NCBI GenBank assembly: GCA_951406725.2 | Contig: OX597823.1 | Span: forward strand, 55,490,001 to 55,554,000 | DNA from: Octopus vulgaris | Taxonomy: Eukaryota | Length of the DNA: 64,000 nt | Reading direction: 5' to 3' | Shown here: positions 55,339-64,000 of the stretch, in pieces | How the letters are laid out: the number at the start of each line of letters is the position of its first letter | How positions within the stretch are numbered: the first letter of the stretch is position 1 | Notes under the pieces: model-generated | Seen by the model: only the letters and a program-made list of their open reading frames with translations | Database searches by the model: none | What the model was told of the DNA's origin: nothing | Program-made: the position numbers and the translations under genes

Positions 55339-55982
55339 CACGATCACAATAAAATATAGTACCAATAAAATAATGGAGTCGATTTAATCGCATGTTCCTG
55401 CATAAATTCTTTTGCCTTGTGCTTACATTGAAAACAGTTATGGCACCGTTGTCGCATTGACGAATCTCTTTAAGGATTTGATTTTGTCTGTGATTCATTC
55501 CCGACTATAAATCCTGTTAACATCTTTTCATTCGCTTCCTTTTAACTGCAGCTCTGACATAAATTGCAAAGAATATGTCAAAATATGAAAACATAGCAAA
55601 TGAGAGTTCGAAGTTTTTTCAAAGGTGAAAATATTGATTTCTGACATTGTCGCATATGTTCCATGGAATTCTTGCTGAACGAACATATCATTTAAAACGA
55701 CACAAGTTCTTTACTGGTACTTATTGTAGAATGACTGCTTTAGTTTACATGTAAATGCCTACCTGGCCATCACAAATATGTAATGAAATGTGTGACAGGA
55801 ATGGAACCTCATATGTTATTGAAAAAGACGAAAAAAGAGGAGAATAAATGAGAGAAAAGAGGGGGTAGTGGTGGTAAAGGAGAAAGAAAAAGGAGTAGAA
55901 AGAAGGATGAGAATGAAGAGAAAGGACGAAAATATGGTGGATGGTGATAGTAGTGGAAGAAGAGAAGGTGGCGGGGTTGCTG

Positions 55983-56014
<32 letters not shown>

Positions 56015-56312
56015 GGTGGTGGTGGTGGTGGCGGCGGCGGCAGCGGAGGTGGAGGAGGAGGAGGAAAGGGAAAATTATGACAATGGTGAAGAACAGAAGG
56101 AGGTAGTGGTAATGGAAGAAGAAAAAGAGGAAGAAAAACGGTAGACAAAGAAGAAGAAGAAGAAGAAGAAGAAGAAGAAGAAGAAGAAGAAGAAGAAGAA
56201 GAAGAAATGGTATTTGTGTTCCTGTTCTTAAAGTAGATACTGTAGTCAAGGTGGTTAGACAAGCATAGTACACTTGGCTGTAAATAGGTACGAGAAACTT
56301 GAAACAACTCAC

Positions 56313-56335
56313 CACTAAGAACATGGCTTGATCTG
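56313..56335 (-). other. Candidate microexon (20-23 nt) containing GCCATG
   Basis: Minus strand ctactctttttag(cag)ATCAAGCCATGTTCTTAGTG|gtgagt; further strong minus-strand splice signals at 56428 (acceptor) and 56542 (donor). Confidence 0.3.
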
Positions 56336-56689
56336 CTAAAAAGAGTAGTCATATTTCTTTTTAAACTATGTATATTCATGTCCTAAAACGGTACACACTG
56401 CATAACGTACTCTGGGGTATATTATTCCTGTAAGGAAAAAAACAGTGGGTTGTTTACTGCTGGAACCCCATTGAAAGACGGTTTGGGCTTTTGAGAGCCA
56501 GCCTGGGGATAGACAATAACAGCACAAGCAGGAGCAACTTACCCCTTTGCTTGTCTTGTGTATCATGTGATAAACAGATTGTATTTCTCTTGCGTCCATG
56601 CATCATATGATACACATGCACAATTCTTTCTTTCTATAGTTTCAGCTCATAGCCGCGGCCATTTTATTTATTTTTATTTTATTTACTCT

Positions 56690-57075
56690 TTTACTCTCTT
56701 TTACTTGTTTCAGTCATTTTGACTGCGGCCATGCTGGAGCACCACCTTTAGTCGAGCTAATCGACCCCGGGATTTATTCTTTGTAAGCCCAGTAATTATT
56801 CTATCGGTCTCTTTTGCCGAACCTCTAGTTGACGGGGACGTAAACACACCAGCATCGGTTGTCAAGCAATGCTTGGGGGACAAACACCCATATATATATA
56901 TATATATACGACAGGCTTCTTTCAGTTTCTGTCTACCAAATCGACTCACAAGGCATTGGTCGGCCCGGGGCTATAGCAGAAGACACTTGCCCAAGATGCC
57001 ACGCAGTGGGACTGAACCCTCAACCATGTGGTTGGTTAGCAAGCTACTTACCACACAGAACACTCCTGCGCCTAT
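56690..57075 (-). mobile_element. Full-length SINE family B
   Basis: Matches the copies at 39976 and 61340 end to end. Confidence 0.9.
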
Positions 57076-57289
57076 TTATTTATTGTTTTCTTTTTTCATC
57101 CACCAGAGTAACTAGGGACTTATGAAAGGAAAGGTTTATAGTACTTAGAATGCATGAAACAAGGGTTAACTAATAGTTTGACCACAAGGATGGACGTTGC
57201 AAGAAAAACTTATGAGAATGCCTTGGACAAACAAAAGGGCTCAATTAAGCATGTTTTTTGTGGATACAGTTCAGAGACAATGATGAAAA

Positions 57290-57750
57290 TTATGATGATG
57301 ATGATGATGGTGATGATGGTGGTAGTGGTGGTGGTGGTGGTGGTGGTTGGGGCTGTGATGATGGTGGTGGTGCTGATGTTGGCAGTGGCGGCGGGAGTGG
57401 TGGAAATGGTGGTGGAAGCAGTGCTGGTGTTAGTGGTGGCGGCATCGGTTGTAGTGGGGATGGTGGTAGAAGCAGTACTGGTAATGGTGATGATGATGAT
57501 GAGGAGGAGGAGGAGGAGGAGGAGGAGAAGAAGAAGAAGGAGGAGGAGGAGGAGGAGGAGGAGAAGGAGAAGGAGGGGGAGGGGGAGGGGAGGAGAAGGA
57601 GGAGGATAACAATGACAATGCTGATGGCAATGGCGATGACGAGGACGATGGCGGCGGCGGCGGCGGCGGCGGTGGTGGTTGTGGTGGTGGTGGTGGTGGT
57701 GGTGGTGGTGTTTCTACCTTTGGTAGTAAAGGTAGAGGTGGTGGTTGGTG
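57290..57750. repeat. Compound trinucleotide array (GAT/GGT/GAG/GAA/GGC)n
   Basis: Seen directly; open in several frames on both strands. Confidence 0.9.
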
Positions 57751-57981
57751 GGTGGGTACGGATATTGCTGGTCATGATGAATTGATCTTATCCATTAGAA
57801 AAAAAAATAAACGTCTTCAGTTGATATCTTCTTTGCAGACTGTTCGATGGAAAATCGATATATTTCGTCTGAGCTTGAGGGTGAGATTAGAAAGTGACAT
57901 CAGAAGCAATCGCGCACACACATACACACACAAACAAACATACGCATATCTATACATGTCTGTACATACACACACACACAC

Positions 57982-58090
<109 letters not shown>

Positions 58091-58397
58091 CACGAATATA
58101 CATGGTATACATGCTCATACAAACATACATACACAGACATATAATGACATACAGAAGGAACCGTCCCGAAACACGTGAGAAAAAATGTCGATAAATTTAT
58201 TGATTGATTAAGGGGAGAGATAGAGAAAGGATGGGAGGAAAGGAGGGACGGAAGGGTTAAGTGACCATATGAAAGAAAAGAGGGAGAAAGAGAGAGAGAG
58301 AAAGGGAAAGAGAGAGATGTTCAAAAGGAACCTGAAGAAAGAGAGAAGTCATGTAGATATCAATTGCATCTACCTAAACATAGTCTTATGTATACAA

Positions 58398-58431
<34 letters not shown>

Positions 58432-59426
58432 GTGTGTGTGTGTATGTGTATGTGTGTGTGTGTCGGTGAAGGGGTACTTCCCGGACACCTGAGCAACTGC
58501 TGTATTCATAGACCATGGTGGATGTTCCCAAGTCATCAGCCTCTATGAATGAGAAAGAAAGTTCAGGCTATCGAAACCCTGCTCTGTGACTGAACTGAAA
58601 TGGTCCGTTGGAAACGAAGCAGTACTATTCTGACCGTAGAGCCGTAAGATAGGCCAAGCCTGGTATTCTAAATATGGTCTGCGATCACTTTGACATCTGA
58701 CATGAGGTTACACTGAGCACCGGTGCAGGCATTGTCGGTTTCGTGAAGAGAGTAAGCTAATGTACTGCCTATAAATAAATCCAGACACAGATCTGTGGAG
58801 GTTATTCAGCAAGGAGCTGTAGGATCTTCATGTGTCGTAAACGACAGATGAGGATTCACACACACACACACACACACGCATCCTTCTATATGTTCCAGTC
58901 ATTTGACTGCGGCCATGCTGGAGCACCACCTTTTGTCGAACAAATCGACCCCAGGACTTTGTAAGCCTGGTGCTTATTCTATCGGGTGCTTTTGCCGAAC
59001 CACTAAGTTACGGGGACGTAAACACACCAACATCGGTTGTCAAGCGATGATGGGGGTCAAACACGGACACAAAGACATATATAAATACGACAAGCTTTTT
59101 TCAGTTTCAACTCAGTGCCCCAGCATAGCGGGACCCATACTGGGGAACCACCGTCAGTTTTGCTACATATTTATTCTTTTATGGGTGGCATTTGACGATT
59201 GTGAGAGTTTGTCATTGCTGCTCTCATTTGTGGGAACACTTGACAGTAGTTGATCAGTTTTGTTTTGAAGACATCTACGTCTAACACATTATAGGTATCT
59301 CAGGCTTTGTAGGGGGAGGAGAGTACTGAAGAGTTGTGAGCCCTTGAGACCCAAGCTATTGCAGAAAAAAGTCACTATTTTTTCCAACACCGTAACGATT
59401 TTGTTACGTCGCCGCTTTTGCCTCTT

Positions 59427-59494
59427 TTCCGTCACTGATTTCGACAGAGATTTATTTATTGCTTGCAGACAGTTTTTCGAAATCAGTGACGGAA
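59427..59494. repeat. Perfect 18-bp inverted repeat with a 32-nt spacer
   Basis: ttccgtcactgatttcga / tcgaaatcagtgacggaa. Confidence 0.9.
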
Positions 59495-59771
59495 GTTACA
59501 AGAAAAACACTTAAGTATTTGCATACAGGTCTTCCTTTTCATCGTAAACCGGTGATTACCGCCCGTTGACAAGAGGCAACTACCTCGAAACCGCGGTCCG
59601 GTGTGTATCACTTAGGCTTACGAGAAAGGGATGGCCTCCATTTGCAAATACCATAAGGGCACATATAGTGTGCCTAAAGTCAGCTGGAGACGATGATCTC
59701 CTGGAGCTAAAAGCTACAGTAACACCCACCCTTTGTGGTTAGCCATATTGAGATGGCTAGTATACTTTACG

Positions 59772-59829
<58 letters not shown>

Positions 59830-59874
59830 AACGAAAAGAAGAAGACAAAGACATTTTTTTAACCCATCTTCAAT

Positions 59875-59998
59875 TACAAGTTACAATTGTTTCCGTACCA
59901 TCTCTGTCTGAAACGCCAGTTTACGCAAAAATTCTAAATGAAATGTCACGTAATATTTGCGGTTTTAGACATCAGAGGGGCACTTCATCAAACTTGCA
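59875..59998 (-). ncRNA. Degenerate minimal hammerhead with a long stem II insert
   Basis: Minus strand: tgcaagt-TTGATGA-agtgcc...ggtacg-GAAAC-AATT-GTA-acttgta; 7-bp stem I, palindromic ACAATTGT stem III; C3 changed to U. Confidence 0.55.
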
Positions 59999-60137
59999 TC
60001 AAAGCTGTGTTGTCGCATTGTGCGTCCGCCAGGCGATGCATAATGCCCTAACTTCACACCCTACCTGATCACACACACACACACATATCAGATCTAAGTC
60101 GAACTGCTAGGTTACGGGAATGTAAACGTACAATATA

Positions 60138-60209
<72 letters not shown>

Positions 60210-61048
60210 AATTATTTAAACTTTAGGTATACACCTAGAAGTATACCGATTAAAATACTTTCACTATTTAGGCTACCTGATGTCATCCTCAGTTTTGATA
60301 TAAGTGTCACTCGATCTCCCTCAGGAATTCTGCAATGTTCGTTGAGTTTATAAAGATTGAGGGAAACGGTAAACGTAGTCCACGAAAATCTTTATCCCTC
60401 ATATCGATCGTTTCGGCCCATCTGACATCGGTCCCTTGCCAGTGGAATACTGATTTTATTGCATCCTCCCGTGCGGATGCATCTCATCAGGTGTCTTATT
60501 TTAAAGCAGAAACCTCGTTAAATATATTCGTTTGGCATGGTGTTGTTGCCAGTAGGTTGTTGGCGATAATAAGAAGGGGTGGATATAATTACCGGGTAAT
60601 ATCCGGTTAATGGCTCTGCCTATAGTTTATAATGAATACAAGACATAGAGTAAAATAATAAAAGATAAAAAATATAAAATGACGAAGGATAAGAATTAAA
60701 ACATAAAATGAAGAAAGAGAAGTATACACGTGTTGGCATAAACATATACATAGACCAATATACAGCCGTCTCCGTACTATCGTAGACATAATACCCATGC
60801 TCACGCCGTTGAGATGTTATTGAATATAGTCATAAACAATTAAGGTGGTCTTATTACAGGAAAACAGACAAAGGTTGTCTGCCGGTCAGTTTTCAGTTGG
60901 TTACTGGATGACTGGGCCGACGTGTTTTGCGGCGGTTTGATGTATTTATACAAGCTAACCTGTCACCATACTCGTATTCTTATAAGTTTTGTGCGTATGT
61001 ATGTGTGTGTATATATATACATGTACATATATACACACACATACACAC

Positions 61049-61105
<57 letters not shown>

Positions 61106-61339
61106 TGTATATATATATATATATATATATATACGCTTATAGATATACACACGCACATGCACAAATACACACATGCAGATATTTCAGATACGTCTCTTTC
61201 TCACTCTGTGTAGGTATGTGAGCGTATGTGTGTGTTCGTGTGTGCGTGTGCCTGAGTGCGTGTGTTTTTGTGTGTGTGTGTGTGCGTGCGTGAGAGGTAG
61301 AACATATACACACACACACACACACACATATATATACTC

Positions 61340-61730
61340 TTTCTCTTTACTCTTTTACTTGTTTCAGTCATTTGACTGCGGCCATGCTGGAGCACCGCCT
61401 TTAATCGAGCAACTCGACCCGGGACTTATTCTTTGTAAGCCCAGTACTTATTCTATCGGTCTCTTTTTGCCGAACCGCTAAGTGACGGGGACATAAACAC
61501 ACCAGCATCGGTTGTCAAGCAATGCTAGGGGGACAAATACAGACACAGAAACACACACACAAACATATATATATACATATATACGACGGGCTTCTTTCAG
61601 TTTCCGTCTACCAAATCCATTCACAAGGCTTTGGTCGGCCCGAGGCTATAGTAGAAGACACTTGCCCAAGGTGCCACGCAGTGGGACTGAACCCAGAACC
61701 ATGTGGTTGGTAAACAAGCTACTTACCACA
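61340..61730 (-). mobile_element. Young SINE family B
   Basis: Nearly identical to 39976-40397. Confidence 0.92.
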
Positions 61731-62788
61731 CAGGTAAATCAAGGGTTGAACAGAAAGAATAGAACAAGTAGAAAAATTGGACGAAAATACAGCTAGCGGA
61801 AAACCAACAAAAACACAACATACGGAAAACAAGACGAAAGCATAACAAACGAGAAACTGAAAAAAAATCACCATACAAGGAATATTTGCAGACGATTTCC
61901 TCTTTAGTCAATGTCCGAGACGTCCTAGCGGTTTCGCGTGTATGAATGTATATATGTAGCATGTATGTATGTATGTATGTATGTATGTATGTATGTATGT
62001 ATGTATGTATGTATATATGTATGTATGTATGTATGTATACACAGATATTTTTGGTGTATATTCACACATTCCCAGACATATCCAAATATGTAATTCTCCA
62101 CTCATATATCCACCCATACGTACATATTTACATATGCATGTACGTAATTATATCTCGTATATACATATACATACGCCAGTACTTAGTCGCAAAGGTACAT
62201 ATGTGTCTACTTATTCGCATAAATACAGACGTATCTATCAGCATTCTTAAACACATGCATAACTATATAGGAAACCTATAACCAAGAAATAAATAACTAA
62301 ACTATGAAAAATTATTTAGCTTTATTAATAGATTCTATATTATGTAACTACATCTGTGAGTGTGTGAATGTCTTTGTGTACACGCATACATATGCCACTG
62401 GATGCGCGGTACTGTACATTTTCACTTACTTATATATTCATATGTACATATTTGTGTGTGTGTGTGTGTGTGTGTGTTTGTGTCTATGTGTCAATACGTG
62501 TATATCTCTATATAGATATAATTATATCTATATCTATATACATATATACATGAGTGTGTGCATGTGCGTTTGCATGTATGTGTACGTGTATGTATACATG
62601 TATACATGTGCATGTATGTGTATGTATGTATAAAACTCCAGATACGTGATGCGATGCATGAAGCTGAGTCAAACCGGTATAAAATAATTACATGTAACTC
62701 CGACCCAATGGCTTGCGTGTGACTTTCTTCTGTTCGTCCTATGCATGTATGTATGTATGTATGTATGTATATATATATATATATATAT

Positions 62789-62876
<88 letters not shown>

Positions 62877-62879
62877 GAA

Positions 62880-63065
62880 AAAACAAAAGTCACAAAATGA
62901 GAACGTAGCGCAAGCAATGTATTAATATGACGCTCGGAGATGGAAAAGAGTAGTTGTTTTACGTTTCGAGCGTAGCTCTTCTTCGGAAAGAGGAAAAGCA
63001 AGAAAGTCCAAAGGGAAGAAGGAAAGGGAGAGAAAAATCGCCAACAATCCACGAGCGCTTACATT
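62880..63065 (-). mobile_element. Short repeat with a degenerate hammerhead (Penelope pLTR-like)
   Basis: Minus strand ttt-CCGAAGA-agagc tac gctc-GAAACGTA-aaa; related to 11928-12112. Confidence 0.5.
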
Positions 63066-63371
63066 TCTGAAGTGACTGGAAATAGGAGAAACCGAAGTGC
63101 TTTCTGAGACAGGAGAGTGTGAAGATGGCTGGTATGTGTGTGCATGTGTGTGTAGTAGCGTGTGTATGTATGGTAGAGTGTGTGCGTGTGTGGCAGTAAC
63201 TACGTGTGTGTGTGCGTGATAGCGTGTGTGCTTGTGGTGGTAACTGTGTGTGTGTGCGTGGTACGTGCTTGTGAGTCTGTGTGTGTATGTGGTAGGATCT
63301 GTGTGCGTGTGAGTTAGTGTCGCTCAGAGAGGTCGGCAACTACATTGACAGGTTTGTGAATTGCAGTGTGT

Positions 63372-63425
<54 letters not shown>

Positions 63426-63883
63426 GTGTGTGTAGATAGAAGTGTAAGTGGTAAATCAGAGGGAGTCCGAATGGGTGGCTGTGGCTGTGTGAATGGGTGT
63501 AGGAATGTGTATTTGTGTGTGTGTGTGTGTGTGTGTGCACATGTGAATGGGTGCGTGAATGTGTCTCTCTCTGTTACTGTCTGTCTCTTTCTGTATATAT
63601 ATATATGAGTACATGCGAGCGTGTAGGGATGTTTGTGTGGAGGTATACGTGTATTCATGCGTGTGTGCAAGAATGTGAGTGTGTGTGTGTGTGTGTGAGG
63701 GGGAGAAAGGGGTGAAGTGCAGTGCGTGCAGGTGCGTTGTCTGAAGGGTACACATACACAGAGGAAGAAAGAGAAAGAGTAAAGAATGATCGATAGCCGT
63801 ACGCATACACACTCTCACACACATATACATACAAATATATATATGTCTATATATATGTATAATGGCAGATAACATATACGTAT

Positions 63884-64000
<117 letters not shown>

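Noticed and set aside
57154-57785. Gly/Asp/Glu-rich or Met/Val/Arg-rich 150-175 aa ORFs
   Set aside because: Compound trinucleotide repeats with overlapping ORFs on both strands; the same applies to 55809-56379.
57839-57880. Plus-strand 42-nt exon candidate (ctttgcag|...AGG|gtgaga)
   Set aside because: Plausible signals but isolated, with an unrecognised peptide; compatible with chance.
60400-60495. CTGATGA...GAAACGATCG on the minus strand
   Set aside because: Palindromic stem III-like word is present, but there is no UH cleavage site or stem II pairing; at best a heavily decayed remnant.

Overview
Eukaryotic, AT-rich and almost entirely repeat-derived intronic or intergenic DNA. The extreme microsatellite density and the three abundant tRNA-derived SINE families suggest an octopus-like cephalopod genome (inference). 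There is no intact protein-coding gene; nearly all listed ORFs are microsatellite or SINE artefacts. Recognisable content: many SINE copies (families called A, B and C here), decayed LINE fragments (RTE, R4/Dong-like RLE, Tx1/L1), a Penelope-like GIY-YIG remnant, Tc1/mariner and maT remnants and MITEs, hAT MITEs, a Helitron and a Helentron-type element. The most interesting layer is non-coding. At least seven dispersed minimal (dimer-type) hammerhead ribozyme motifs occur, one with an intact core and two sharing a U3-A8 compensatory core. There is also a consensus recursive-splice-site motif, plus candidate micro- and terminal exons on the minus strand, recurrent same-site self-insertion of SINE A, SINE head/tail swapping, and several long hairpins. 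Repeat boundaries are approximate and family names come from remembered motifs, not database searches.
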